A stretch of DNA of 64,000 nt from an uncultured Solirubrobacterales bacterium (GCA_963739875.1 CAVUCD010000001.1:379691-443690), one strand, 5' to 3'; counted from the first letter of the stretch, positions 1 through 12,545 are shown. Numbers and translations: made by a program. The notes: generated by a model from the sequence alone, not told the origin.

Positions 1-2950
<2,950 letters not shown>

Positions 2951-2995
2951 CAGCAGCCGAAGGCTAGATGGTCGGCGCCGCTCCGGGCCGGGCTC

Positions 2996-4183
2996 TCAGA
3001 TCCCGAGCCAGATCCGGATCTTCAGCCACCACAGCAGGAAGACGTCGTTGAGCGCCGGCGAGGTGATCACCAGGATCGTCAGGAGGATCACGAAGGCGAC
3101 CCCGAAGAGCGCGAACGGCGCCAGGGTCCCGCTCGGCTGGTAGAGCCGGCTGACGCCCTTGGCGTCGACCAGGCGCTCGCCGATCCGCAGCCGGGTGAGG
3201 AAGGTCGACGACATGCCGCCGCGCTTGCGATCGAGGAACTCGATCAGGTTGAAGTGGGCGCCGACGCTGACGATCAGGTCCGCCCCCTTCTCGTAGGCCA
3301 TCAGCATCGCCACGTCCTCGCTGGTCCCGGCGGCGGGGACGATCGTGTGCGGCAGGCCGGCCTCGAGCAGGCGCTCGCAGCCGGGCGCGCGGCCGTCGGG
3401 ATAGGCGTGGACGATCAGTTCGGCGCCGCAGGCGAGCGCCGCGTCGCTGGCGGAGTCCATGTCGCCGAGGATCACGTCCGGCTTCAGCCCCGCCTCCAGC
3501 ACCCCGTCGGCGCCGCCGTCGACGGCGACGATCAGCGGCCGCATGTCGCGGATGTAGGCGCGCAGGGCTTTGAGGTCGCGGCGGTGGCGCTCGCCGCGGA
3601 CGACGATCAGCACGTGGCGGTCGCGGAAGGAGGCCTTGGTCGGCGGAAAGTCGATCGTGCCGGTCAGCAGGTCGGTCTCCTGGCGCACGTGGGCGACCGT
3701 GTTCTCGGCGAATTCGGCCAGCGCCTCGTCGATCCGCAGGCGCTGGTCCTGCAGCTGGCGTTCGAGCTCTTCGACGCCGAGCACGCGGCCCCGCAGCACC
3801 TCCCGGCCGGCGACCCGCACCGCGCCGCCGTCGACCGTCAGCCTGTCGCCGTCGTTCAGCAGCTCGAAGAGCTCGCCGTCGGGAGCGTCGACGAGGCAGA
3901 TCCCGGCCCGCGCCAGCATCAGCGGCCCGGCGTTCGGGTACTGCCCGTCGGAGGAGGGCGAGGCGTTCAGCACCGCCACGACCCCGGCTTCGATCAGCTC
4001 CTCGGCGGCGATCCGGTCGATGTTGACGTGATCGATGACGGCGATATCGCCCGGATGCAGGCGCTTGACCAGGTGCTTGGTCCGCTCGCCGAGCCGCGCG
4101 GTGCCCTCGATCGGCGCGTCGGGGCGGCCTCCGTTGCGGCGCCCGAGCAGAGCAGGAAGGCGACGGCGACTGGTGGTGGCCAC
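2996..4183 (-). CDS. steA: Putative cytokinetic ring protein SteA (thiamine pyrophosphokinase-like)
   Basis: Intact 395-aa ORF. Motifs: GDIAVIDHVNIDRIAAEELIEAGVVAVLNASPSSDGQYPNAGP and VDGGADG..GDMDS, with a C-terminal TM. It lies downstream of recN, as Rv1697 does. Confidence 0.8.
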   Translation of the reverse strand: MATTSRRRLPALLGRRNGGRPDAPIEGTARLGERTKHLVKRLHPGDIAVIDHVNIDRIAAEELIEAGVVAVLNASPSSDGQYPNAGPLMLARAGICLVDAPDGELFELLNDGDRLTVDGGAVRVAGREVLRGRVLGVEELERQLQDQRLRIDEALAEFAENTVAHVRQETDLLTGTIDFPPTKASFRDRHVLIVVRGERHRRDLKALRAYIRDMRPLIVAVDGGADGVLEAGLKPDVILGDMDSASDAALACGAELIVHAYPDGRAPGCERLLEAGLPHTIVPAAGTSEDVAMLMAYEKGADLIVSVGAHFNLIEFLDRKRGGMSSTFLTRLRIGERLVDAKGVSRLYQPSGTLAPFALFGVAFVILLTILVITSPALNDVFLLWWLKIRIWLGI

Positions 4184-4287
4184 CCGCTCAGACTAGGCCA
4201 TAAAGGCCGCGTGACCGGCGCATAGCGGCGTCCTCGTTCGCTCGCGTGCGGAGCACGCCACGCTCACTGCGTCCTTGCTCTGCTTGG

Positions 4288-5974
4288 TCACGCGGCCTTT
4301 ATCAGCTGACGAGCATGTTTCGTGGCGGCCTCGTCCGAATCCTCGCCGCCGAGCATGCGGCGGATCTCCTCGACCACGCCCTCGCCGTCGAGCCGCTCGA
4401 CGGTGGCGAAGGAGCGGCCGTCGGCGACGTCCTTCTCGAGCCGGAAGTGGACGTCGGCAAGCGAGGCGACCTGCGGCAGGTGGGTGATGCAGAGGACCTG
4501 GCGGCCCCGGCCCAGCGCCCGCAGCCTCTCCCCCACCACCCGCGCCGTGTTGCCGCCGATCCCGGCGTCGATCTCGTCGAAGACGAGGGTTCCCGGCGCT
4601 CGCCGGCCTCGCCGAGGCCGCTCAGCGCCAGCATCACCCGCGAGAGCTCGCCACCCGAGGCCGCGTCGCGCAGCGGCGCCGCCTCGATTCCCGGGTTGGG
4701 CGCGACCCGCAGCTCGACCGTCTCGCGGCCCGCCGATCCCGTAGCCGTCCGGATGCGGCTCGAGGACGACCTCGAGCGTGGCGCCGTCCATCGAGAGGCG
4801 CTCCAGCTCGGCCGCGACCCGCTCTTCGAGCGGCGGCGCGGCGGCGGCGCGCCCGGCGCTGAGCCGCTCGCCGAGCTCCTCGCGGCGCGCCTCGGCCGCG
4901 GCCAGCGCCGCCGTCGCCTCCGCGCCCCGTTCCTCGGCCCCCTCCAGGCGCTCGATCTCGGCCCGGCAGCGCTCGGCGTGCTCGAGCACCGACTCGACGC
5001 TGCCGCCGTGCTTGCGCTCGAGCCGGTCGATCGCTTCCAGCCGCTCCTCGATCGCCGCCAGCGCACCGGGGTCGGCCTCGATCCCCTCGGCGTAGTCGCG
5101 CAGCTCGGCGCTGACGTCGCCCAGCTCGACCGCCAGCGCCGCGACCCGCTCGGCGATCGAGTCGAGGCCGGCGTCGAGGCCGGCGGCGCCCTGCAGCCGC
5201 GATTCGGCCTCGGCCAGCGCCGCCGCGGCGCCGCCGCCGTCCTCTTCGGCCCCGGCCAGCCCGGCGTGGGCGCCGCCGGCGGCTTCGCGCAGGCCCTCGG
5301 CGTGGCGCAGGCGCTCGCGCTGGGCGGCGATGCTCGTCCCGCTCCGCCGGATCGGGCGCCACCTCCTCGATCTCGGACAGCTCGTAGCGGTAGAGGTCGA
5401 GGTCGCGCTCCCGCGACCCCTCGCGCTCGCGCAGCTCGGCCAGCTCGGCGGCGAGCCGGCCGCACTCGCGGTGCGCCTCGCGGTACTGCCGCCGCAGCTC
5501 CAGGTGCTCGCCGCCGGCGAAGCCGTCGAGGACCTCCAGCTGCGCCGAGGAGATCGTCAGCCTGCGGTGCTCGTGCTGGCCGAAGAAGGCGAGCAAGCGG
5601 CCGCCCAGCAGCTTCAGGTCGGCGGCCGTCGCCGCTCGCCCCGCGACGAAGGCGCTGGTCCTGCCCCCGGCCGAGACCCGCCGCCCCAGCACGACCTCGT
5701 CGGCCCCCTCCGGCAGCCGCTCCGCCAGCTCCGCCATCTCCGGCTCCTCCAGCAACCCCTCCGGCAGGTCGAAGACCCCCTCGACCCAGGCCTCCTCGGC
5801 GCCCGGCCGGACGATCTGAGCCTTCGCCTTGCCGCCCATCAGCAGGTCGAGCGAGTGCGCCAGCACCGTCTTGCCGGCTCCGGTCTCGCCGGTGATCGCG
5901 TTGAGCCCTCGCCCGAGGCGCAGTTCGGCCCGCTCGATCAGCAGCAGGTTCTCGATTCGAAGCTCGCGCAGCAC
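4288..5974 (-). CDS. recN: DNA repair protein RecN, apparent frameshifts
   Basis: GTG 5974: MLRELRIENLLLIERAEL..GETGAGKT (Walker A). C-terminal ORF 4288..4989 has LVFDEIDAGIGG..ITHLPQVA. The middle part lies in other frames, with breaks near 5330, 4740 and 4590. Confidence 0.9.
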
Positions 5975-6027
5975 GCGTTCTGTGTAGCAACGGGGGCGGA
6001 CCGACTATTGCTCGATTGGCGGTAGAT

Positions 6028-6141
6028 GCGGGGAGATGGGATGGGGGCTTCGCTTAACTTTTTTGTGCGGCGTCCACAGCCATCCGAGACTCGCTGGAAG
6101 CAAAAAAGTACAAGACGCTTCGCCCCCATCCATCTCCCCGC
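6028..6141. repeat. Hairpin element H1 (imperfect ~114-nt palindrome)
   Basis: Outer stem GCGGGGAGATGG(G)ATGGGGGC (6028-6048) pairs with GCCCCCATCCATCTCCCCGC (6122-6141). Inner A/T-rich arms are CTTCGCTTAACTTTTTTGTG (6048-6067) and GGAAGCAAAAAAGTACAAGACGCTTC (6096-6121), and the T6/A6 runs pair. Confidence 0.75.
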
Positions 6142-6283
6142 CCCAGCGTCAAAAGCAGCTAGTCGACAAGCCGTCGATCCACTTCCTCGCGAGGTCCCGT
6201 GGACCTTGAGGTTCCGTCCCTGGATGCGTCCCCGAGTCCTTCAAGCTTCCCGAAGCTCCCCCGAATCCGGGGGTGGCATCGGG

Positions 6284-6397
6284 CGGGCGGGATGAGTAGG
6301 GGTGAAGCGTCTTGTACTTTTTTGCTTCCCACCCCCGGGCGCCAGCCGGAGTTCGTCCCACAAAAAAGTTAAGCGAAACCCCTACTCATCCCGCCCG
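6284..6397. repeat. Hairpin element H2 (inverted copy of H1)
   Basis: Perfect 19-bp outer stem: GGGCGGGATGAGTAGGGGT (6285-6303) with ACCCCTACTCATCCCGCCC (6378-6396). The inner arms 6304-6329 and 6359-6378 are the reverse complements of the H1 arms (26/26 and 19/20 identical). The loops are unrelated. Confidence 0.75.
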
Positions 6398-7927
6398 GCT
6401 GAGCTCAGGCTCCGGAACCTCGGCTGGAGCCCCGTCCGGTTGGACGAAGTCCTTGCGAGCGCACCAGCGCGAAGCCCAGGGCCGCCCCCACGAAGGAGAG
6501 GATCGCGGCGATCAGGATGATCGTCGTTGAAGCCGCTGACGAAGGCGACGTCGGCGGCGTGGCCGACGCGGCCGGGAGCGACGCCGGCGATGTGCGCGGT
6601 GGCGACGGCCCGCGAGCCGCCGGAGGAGACCAGTTCGCCGAAGCCCGAGGGCGCGTGCGGCAGCAGTTCAGACAGCTTCGAGTTGACCCGCGACTGGAAG
6701 ACCGCGCCGAGGCCGGCGACGCCGGTCGCGATCCCGACCTGGCGGAAGGTCGTGTTGATCCCCGACCCCATCCCCGATTTCTCCACCGGGACGACGGCGA
6801 TCGCGGCCTGGCCGATGCCGGGTTGGTGATGCCGATGCCGACGCCGGCGACGAGGAAGCCGGCGAGCAGCGTCGTCCAGTCCGAATCCGGCCGAGACGCC
6901 GTGCATCAGCAGCAGGCCGACTCCGACCAGCGGCGAGGCCGGTGCCGAGCAGGACCCGGATCGGGATCTTGTTCGAGAGCGCGCCCGAGATCGGGGCGAC
7001 GACGAAGCCGAGGACGGTCAGCGGCAGGAAGCGCAGGCCGGCCTCCAGCGGCGAGAAGTCGAGCACGCCCTGCATGTAGATCGTCAGGTAGAGGAACAGC
7101 GCGAACATCCCGGCCGAGAGCGCGAAGGCGACGGCGGAGACGCCGTTGAAGGCGGGTTTGCGGAACAGCGAGAGGTCGAGCATCGGGTGGTCGCTGCGGA
7201 GCTCGATCGCGATGAACGCCGCCATCAGGACCGCCGACCCGATCAGGCAGGCGAGGATCAGGCTGCTGCCCCAGCCCTCCGGGTTGCCGCGGATCAGGCC
7301 GAAGATCAGCAGGAACAGCGCAGCGGAGAAGGTGACGAGGCCAGGCACGTCGATCGGCTCCGGGTCTTTGGCGAAGACGTTGACGATCTTGCGCTCGGTC
7401 AGGAACATCGCCACGATGCCGATCGGGACGTTGACGAAGAAGATCCACTCCCAGCCGAAGTTCTCGGTGACGACGCCGCCGATCAGCGGCCCGACCGCGA
7501 CCGCGCCGCCGACCGTCGCCCCCCAGACGCCGAAGGCCGTCGCCCGGTCTTTGCCGTGGAACTCCTGGCCGATCAGCGCCAGCGAGGTCGCGAACATCCC
7601 CGCGCCGCCGATGCCCTGCAGCCCGCGGGCGAGGTTGAGCAGGGTCGGGTCGCTGGAGATGCCGCAGAGGAACGAGGCGAAGGTGAAGATCCCGAAGCCG
7701 ATCGTGAAGACGCGCCGGCGCCCCAGCCGGTCGCCGAGCGAGCCGGCGGTGAGCAGGAAGGCGGCGAGCATCAGCGAGTAGGCGTCGACGACCCACTGCA
7801 GGCTGGAGAGGCTGGCGTGCAGTTCCCGCTGGATGTCGGGCAGGGCGACGTTGACGATCGTGACGTCGAGCAGCAACATGAACGTCGCGATCGAGACGAG
7901 AAGCAGGGTCCACCACTTGCGCTCCAT
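6386..7927 (-). CDS. MFS transporter, DHA2/EmrB-QacA type, apparent frameshifts
   Basis: ORF 6668..7927 reads cleanly for ~334 aa (MERKWWTLLLVSIATFMLLLDVTIVNVALP..GDRLGRRR..). TM12-14 lie in other frames (6382..6906: GMGSGINTTFRQVGIATGVAGLG). There are several breaks between about 6520 and 6930. The stop is uncertain and lies inside the H2 arm. Confidence 0.8.
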
Positions 7928-7971
7928 CGCGGCAGCCTAAACAACCGCCCTCGTCGGCTGAGAGCCGGACC

Positions 7972-8814
7972 TCAGACGGCCAGGTGGCCGAACTTCTCGC
8001 GGATCCGCTGGTAGAAGCTGCTGCCCGGCAGCTGCGCCAGGCGACCGACGGAGTCGACGAAGCGGACCTCGAGCGCGGCGCCGGCGGCCAGCTCGGCGAA
8101 CTGGACGCCGTCGACCGCGACCTCGACCGGCTCGCGGCCGGGGGCGTTGCCGACGTGGAGGACGTCACCGGGCGCGACGACCAGCGCCCGCGCGGTGAGC
8201 GAGTGCGGCGAGATGTAGCTGACCACGTAGCCCTTCACTCCCCAGGCCAGGATCGGGCCCTGGTTGGCGAGGTTGTAGCCGGTGGATCCCGCCGGGGTGG
8301 CGGCGACGAGGCCGTCGCAGCGGACGTGGCCGACCTCCTCGCCGGCGATCCGGTAGGTGAGCTCGGCGACCCGGTCCTCGGGCCGGCGCGCCAGGGTGAC
8401 GTCGTTGAGGCCGATCTCCTTCGCCCCGTCGATCGTGACCTCCAGGGCCGGCAGCTCGATCGTCTCGATCTCGCCGTCGAGGGCGCGGCGGATCCCGGCG
8501 GCGGCTTCGCCGCGGTCGACGGCGGCGAGGAAGCCGACGGTGCCGAAGTTGACGCCGAAGACCGGCACCCCCGTCTGGGCGAAGCGGCGCAGCGCGTGCA
8601 GGATCGAGCCGTCGCCGCCGAGCACGAGGCAGAGGTCGGGCCGGCCCGTTTCCTCGACCACCTCGAGGCCCTCGGCGGCGGCGCCGTGCTTGTCGAGCTC
8701 GTCCCTGGTGGCGACCAGCCGCCAACCGGCTTCGCGGGCGACCTCGACCGCGATCGCCACCGCCTCGGTCGCCGCCGGCGGATGGGAGTGGCTGATCAGC
8801 GCCGCGGTCTTCAC
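7972..8814 (-). CDS. nadK: NAD kinase
   Basis: Intact 280-aa ORF with VLGGDGSILHA, NFGTVGFL and DGLVAATPAGSTGYNL. Its GTG start overlaps a TGA in the tlyA region (GTGA). Confidence 0.9.
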   Translation of the reverse strand: MKTAALISHSHPPAATEAVAIAVEVAREAGWRLVATRDELDKHGAAAEGLEVVEETGRPDLCLVLGGDGSILHALRRFAQTGVPVFGVNFGTVGFLAAVDRGEAAAGIRRALDGEIETIELPALEVTIDGAKEIGLNDVTLARRPEDRVAELTYRIAGEEVGHVRCDGLVAATPAGSTGYNLANQGPILAWGVKGYVVSYISPHSLTARALVVAPGDVLHVGNAPGREPVEVAVDGVQFAELAAGAALEVRFVDSVGRLAQLPGSSFYQRIREKFGHLAV

Positions 8815-9601
8815 TCCGCCTCCTCCGCGGCGCCGGATCGCGGCCTCGAAGCTCGTCGACTTCCGGGCCCTCGCCGCCGCACCAGACGAAGGTCTCGCGG
8901 TTGCCCTTCGGGCCGGGCAGGCCCGAGGAGGCGAAGCCGCGCACGGCCAGGCCGAGCTCGTGGGCCGCGGCGGCGACGGTGAGGATCGCCTCGCGCCGGT
9001 CGCCGGCGTCGCGGACGACGCCGCGGCCGACCCGCTCGCGGCCGAGCTCGAACTGCGGCTTCACCATCGCCAGCAGCTCGCCCCCGGGCGCCAGGCAGCG
9101 CGCGACCGCCGGCAGCACCTTGGTCAGGGAGATGAAGGAGACGTCGACGGTCGCCAGCGAGGCGGCGAAGGGCAGGTCGGCGGGCACCATCTCGCGCGCG
9201 TTGAGGCGCTCGATCACGCTCACCCGCGGATCCTCGCGCAGGCGCACGTCGATCTGGCCGTAGGCGACGTCGACCGCGATCACCCGCGGGGCGCCGCGCT
9301 GCAGCAGGCAGTCGGTGAAGCCGCCGGTCGAGGCGCCGACGTCGAGGCAGTCGCGGCCGGAGACGTCGATCGCCAGCGCCTCGAGCGCGTTCTCGAGCTT
9401 GATGCCGCCGCGGGAGACGTAGCGCGGCCCCGGGTCGACGATCAGCGCCGCCTCGGGCTCGACCAGCTGGCTGGGCCGCAGCGCCACGGGCCCGTCCTGG
9501 CCGACCCTGACTTCGCCCGCCCGCACCGCGCCGGCGGCGGCCGAGCGCGACGGAAACAGCCCCCGCTCCGCCAAAACCGCGTCTATCCGGGACTTCTTCA
9601 C
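8811..9601 (-). CDS. tlyA: TlyA family 16S/23S rRNA (cytidine-2'-O)-methyltransferase, 3' end uncertain
   Basis: S4-like N-terminus followed by an FtsJ-type methyltransferase (DVGASTGGFTDCLLQRGA). The tracked ORF runs to 8165, out of frame through nadK. The TGA at 8811-8813 is reached only after a frame change near 8850-8870. Confidence 0.8.
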
Positions 9602-9944
9602 GGCCGCAAAGCTACAGCGAAGCCCCCAATCTGGCCGTTTATTCGAGCTTCAGACCGAAATGCAACATTTTCTTGACCAGATTCCGAGCCAGACCTGGTC
9701 TACTTGGATACCAGCAGCCTGGAAACGCCCAAATCGGCCCCCAAAGCACAAGGGAGCCTCTGTGATCCCACTCACACACAACCCGCACGTATGTTCGTAC
9801 GCTGATCAAGGATTCGTTGAGAGCAACCGATGAAGGAGCAGAACCCAAAACTTTTTGGCTGAGTCCCGCGCCGAACTTATGGCCCCCATCGCTTCCCACG
9901 ATGGGCGCCCTCGGCTCAACTGGGCTCACCTACCTCCCACGGAT

Positions 9945-10075
9945 CCACATATATAGAGATACATATCTCTCCTCCCTGTAGTAACCCCAGAAGCGCCCCG
10001 CCTCCCCGGCGGGGCGTTTTCTGTTGTGGGGGGCTTGGACAACCGAGTTTTGCTTAAGGACCCTTTACTCGTCTC
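9945..10075. repeat. Intergenic element copy A (nested hairpin with CCTCCC/GGGAGG loop, GC hairpin, conserved tail)
   Basis: + strand reads CCACATATATAGAGATACATATCTCTCCTCCCTGTAGTAACCCCAGAAGCG, then the GC hairpin, then TTTTCTGTTGTGGGGGGCTTGG..CCTTTACTCG. It aligns with copy C (14009-14084) and more loosely with copy B. Confidence 0.7.
9994..10020 (+). terminator. Intrinsic-terminator-like hairpin with no upstream + strand gene
   Basis: 9-bp GC stem CGCCCCGCC/GGCGGGGCG, loop TCCCC, then TTTTCTGTT. All annotated genes upstream are on the minus strand. Confidence 0.55.
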
Positions 10076-10170
10076 GAAATGCGGCGTAGAGTCGAGTTGG
10101 CACGCAGCGCTCGAGCTGCCGGCTCGAACTGGAAACAGGAGCCGCACCGCCATTGGCAAAGGAGATTGCG

Positions 10171-10584
10171 ATGGAGGCTGGTCAAGGTTCGGGGCGCCCT
10201 GTCGGGGCCCACAATTCAGCCTGGATCGGGTTCGCCGGGATCGTGATGATCATCCTCGGCAGCCTGGATGCGTTCTGGGGGCTGGCGGCGCTCCTCAATA
10301 ACGAAGTGGTCGTTGTCGGCGGTCACGGCGTGATCGTCTTCGACATCACGACCTGGGGTTGGATTCAGCTGATCCTCGGCATCCTCGTCGGCCTCACCGG
10401 CCTCGGACTGCTGCTCGGGAACGGCGCGGCGCGGGTCCTGGGAATCTCCCTCCTGACGATCAATGCAGTGATGCAGATCGTCTGGTTCTCGGCGGCGCCG
10501 TTGTGGGCGTTCCTGATGATCATCCTCGACGTCGTGATCATCTACCAGCTGATGGTCAATTGGCGTGAGGACGAGGTTCGCTGA
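10171..10584 (+). CDS. HdeD/DUF308-like integral membrane protein
   Basis: ORF 10153..10584. ATG 10171 is preceded by AAGGAG. About four hydrophobic helices. The stop overlaps the next start (TGATG). Confidence 0.5.
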   Translation: MEAGQGSGRPVGAHNSAWIGFAGIVMIILGSLDAFWGLAALLNNEVVVVGGHGVIVFDITTWGWIQLILGILVGLTGLGLLLGNGAARVLGISLLTINAVMQIVWFSAAPLWAFLMIILDVVIIYQLMVNWREDEVR

Positions 10585-10976
10585 TGGCGATCGCAGACAT
10601 CAGCTTCGGCGAGTTCCTGCTCTCGGTCTTCGAGTTCTTCCTGCTCTTCGCTTGGATCTGGATTCTGATCACGGTCATCATGGACCTCTTCCGCGACCAC
10701 AAACTGTCGGGGGTGGCGAAGGCCGTCTGGGTCTTCTTCCTGGTCTTCGTGCCGTTCCTCGGAGTGCTGATCTACCTGATCGTTCGCGGCGACGGGATGC
10801 GCGACCGCATGCTCAAGGAGCAGGCCGACACGAAAAGCCACTTCGACAGCTACGTCCGCGAGCAGGCGCACGCCGGCTCACCCGCGGATGAGCTGAGCAA
10901 ACTCGCCGAACTGAAAGACAAAGGAGCGCTTTCGGCCGAGGAGTTCGATCAGGCAAAGGCCAAGCTGCTCACCTAG
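10584..10976 (+). CDS. PLDc_N-like two-TM protein with C-terminal SHOCT domain
   Basis: FLLFAWIWILITVIMDLF..VWVFFLVFVPFLGVLIYLIV, then LSKLAELKDKGALSAEEFDQAKAKLL (SHOCT signature). Confidence 0.7.
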   Translation: MAIADISFGEFLLSVFEFFLLFAWIWILITVIMDLFRDHKLSGVAKAVWVFFLVFVPFLGVLIYLIVRGDGMRDRMLKEQADTKSHFDSYVREQAHAGSPADELSKLAELKDKGALSAEEFDQAKAKLLT

Positions 10977-11002
10977 GCAGCGAGACGAGGAAAGGACGCC
11001 AG

Positions 11003-11224
11003 ATGGAGATCTTCGAGGTCGAGCAAAAGGAGACGCTCACTCGCAAAGAGATCGCAACCCGCCTGCGGAGGCTCGCGAACATGCTCTCGAGCGACGAGGA
11101 GGAGATCTCCTTCGAGCGAGGCGGAATGCAGTTCTCCGTCCACGTCCCCGAGCGGGTGCATCTCAAGGTCGAGCTGGAGGTCGAGAGCGACGAGCGAGAG
11201 CTTGAGATCGAGCTGAAGTGGTGA
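11003..11224 (+). CDS. Amphi-Trp domain protein (small acidic)
   Basis: 73 aa, ending ..VESDERELEIELKW as in amphi-Trp family members. Family recognised from memory. Confidence 0.55.
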   Translation: MEIFEVEQKETLTRKEIATRLRRLANMLSSDEEEISFERGGMQFSVHVPERVHLKVELEVESDERELEIELKW

Positions 11225-11267
11225 CGGCAGAGTCCGGATAGAAGAGCGCCGCCGCGGAGCCTGGCGT

Positions 11268-12005
11268 CTAGAGAAAGCCGATCCGGTCGGGGGGCCAGTA
11301 GGTGGCGAAGGCCTCGCCGATGATCCATGAGCGAGGGACGGGGCCCCAGAAGCGGCTGTCGTCGCTCTCGCCGCGGTTGTCGCCCATCATGAAGTAGTGG
11401 TCGGGGGGGATCGTGATCGTCTTCGGCAGGTTGCAGGCGGGCGCGTCGCCGCAGGGGCGGATGTAGGGCTCGTCCTTCTTCTCGACGCCGTTGACGACGG
11501 GGTGGCCGTCTTTGACCGAGAGCGTGTCCCCGGGCACGGCGACGATCCGCTTGATGAAGTTCTGGCTCGACTCGCCGGGGGTCGGCTGCGGGCAGGGCTC
11601 GCCGACTTCGGCCGGCTCGCGGCCGTCGATTGAGACGCCGCATTCGGTCCCGTTGCCGGTCGCGTTGTCGACCCCGGCCGGCGGGTGGAAGACGACGATG
11701 TCGCCGATCGAGGGGTCGGTGAAGTGGTAGATGAAGCGGTTGACGAGGACCCGCTGGCCGATGTCGAGGGTCGGCTCCATCGACGCCGAAGGGATCTGGT
11801 AGGGCTTGATCAGCCAGGCCTGGATCGCCAGCGCCAGCCCGAGGGCGAGCGCGACGATGACGACCAGCTCGATCAGGCCGCCGCCTTTGCCCTTCGGCTT
11901 CGGGATCGAGAGTCTCAACTCGCCGGGTCGCTCCCCTGGCGCCGCTCGATGCTTTCGATGGTCCCGGCCACGTCCCGCACGACGCCAGCATAGTGGCCGG
12001 CACAT
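11268..12005 (-). CDS. lepB: Signal peptidase I
   Basis: IPSASMEPTL (catalytic Ser box), KRIVAVPGD, FMMGDNRGESDDSR. One TM. ATG 12005 is preceded by GGAGGAGG. Confidence 0.85.
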   Translation of the reverse strand: MCRPLCWRRAGRGRDHRKHRAAPGERPGELRLSIPKPKGKGGGLIELVVIVALALGLALAIQAWLIKPYQIPSASMEPTLDIGQRVLVNRFIYHFTDPSIGDIVVFHPPAGVDNATGNGTECGVSIDGREPAEVGEPCPQPTPGESSQNFIKRIVAVPGDTLSVKDGHPVVNGVEKKDEPYIRPCGDAPACNLPKTITIPPDHYFMMGDNRGESDDSRFWGPVPRSWIIGEAFATYWPPDRIGFL

Positions 12006-12007
12006 GG

Positions 12008-12046
12008 CCCTCCTCCGGCGGTCGTTTTCTGTCGTGGGAGGCTTCC
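12008..12046. repeat. Partial element copy B0 (half hairpin plus tail) forming the lepB 5' leader
   Basis: CCTCCTCCGGCGGTCGTTTTCTGTCGTGGGAGGCTTCC compared with copy A CCTCC-CCGGCGGGGCGTTTTCTGTTGTGGGGGGCTTGG. Its reverse complement supplies the lepB Shine-Dalgarno. Confidence 0.55.
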
Positions 12047-12100
12047 CCGCTACCTGGTCGCGCCCGGGAGCAACTCGTCAGCGACGTTTATCGCCGAATC

Positions 12101-12190
12101 TCAGGGGTAGGAATGGAATCTCTCCCCCTGTAGTGCCGGAGGCGTCCCTTCTCTCCAGGAGGGGCGCTTCGTCTTGTCGGGGCCTTTACT
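12101..12190. repeat. Intergenic element copy B (diverged)
   Basis: ATCTCTCCCCCTGTAGTGCCGGAGGCG, then hairpin GCGTCCCTTCTCTCCAGGAGGGGCGC, then TTCGTCTTGTCGGGGCCTTTACTCG. Same order and orientation as copy A. Confidence 0.55.
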
Positions 12191-12461
12191 CGGCCTGGGC
12201 GGGATCGTCGCCGGGCCAGCGCCCGGTCAACGAGGCGAAGCCGGAGCGGGCACCGTGGTCGGTGAGGCCTTTGACGACGCGGAAGATCGCTCCCTCGATC
12301 GCCAGGGCGGCGATCAATTTCACCGTCGGCACCCCGCGCCGATCGGGCTCGGGCGGATCCTCGTCGTCGATCGCCGACCAGATCTGTTCGAAGGCCTTCT
12401 TGGCGGCGATGCCGGCGACCAGGCCGGCACCGATGCCGATCGGTGCGAAGAGGAACTTCAT
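12186..12461 (-). CDS. DUF4235 domain protein
   Basis: 91 aa: MKFLFAPIGIGAGLVAGIAAKKAFEQIW..ALAIEGAIFRVVKGLTDHGA..TGRWPG, the typical DUF4235 pattern (from memory). Confidence 0.65.
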   Translation of the reverse strand: MKFLFAPIGIGAGLVAGIAAKKAFEQIWSAIDDEDPPEPDRRGVPTVKLIAALAIEGAIFRVVKGLTDHGARSGFASLTGRWPGDDPAQAE

Positions 12462-12545
12462 CCGCGCAGGCTACCCCTCGCCCGTCCGAGCAAACGGCGC
12501 GCCTGTTCCGCAGGTCGCGCTGGCGCCGCTCTATGCGACCTGTTA

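Noticed and set aside
5975-6030. SOS (LexA) box or RecA-NDp-type promoter upstream of recN.
   Set aside because: Only weak half-site matches were found (GAACGCGTGCTG; TTGTCGAC..TTTGAC). There is no convincing palindrome by eye.
6053-6374. Integron attC-like reading of the hairpins. GCTTAAC at 6053-6059 fits RYYYAAC, and GTTAAGC at 6368-6374 fits GTTRRRY.
   Set aside because: The 7-mers are short. The two hairpins are in inverted rather than tandem orientation. There is no intI, no cassette array, and the size does not fit a single attC.
6026-6530. Small ORFs (63-89 aa) inside and around the H1/H2 hairpin region.
   Set aside because: They are made of the palindrome arms read on both strands. 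They have no SD or start context and no protein-like composition.
8165-9601. 478-aa tlyA ORF extending through nadK.
   Set aside because: The extension is out of frame with an intact, motif-bearing nadK and is Arg/Pro-rich. It is a read-through artefact of a missing or shifted stop.
9639-9929. 96-aa minus-strand ORF in the A/T-richer spacer upstream of tlyA.
   Set aside because: No recognisable family and no SD. The composition is odd (Trp/Cys-rich tail). It is kept only as a possible non-coding leader region.
9926-10159. Possible leader peptide in the minus-strand reading of the repeat elements: GGGAGGAGAGAT-ATG, giving MYLYICGSVGGR in copy A and MRFSIGVGPFGG.. in copy C.
   Set aside because: Copy B has no start codon at the equivalent position. 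The peptide lengths differ greatly (12 versus 36 codons), and the similarity follows from the conserved nucleotides.
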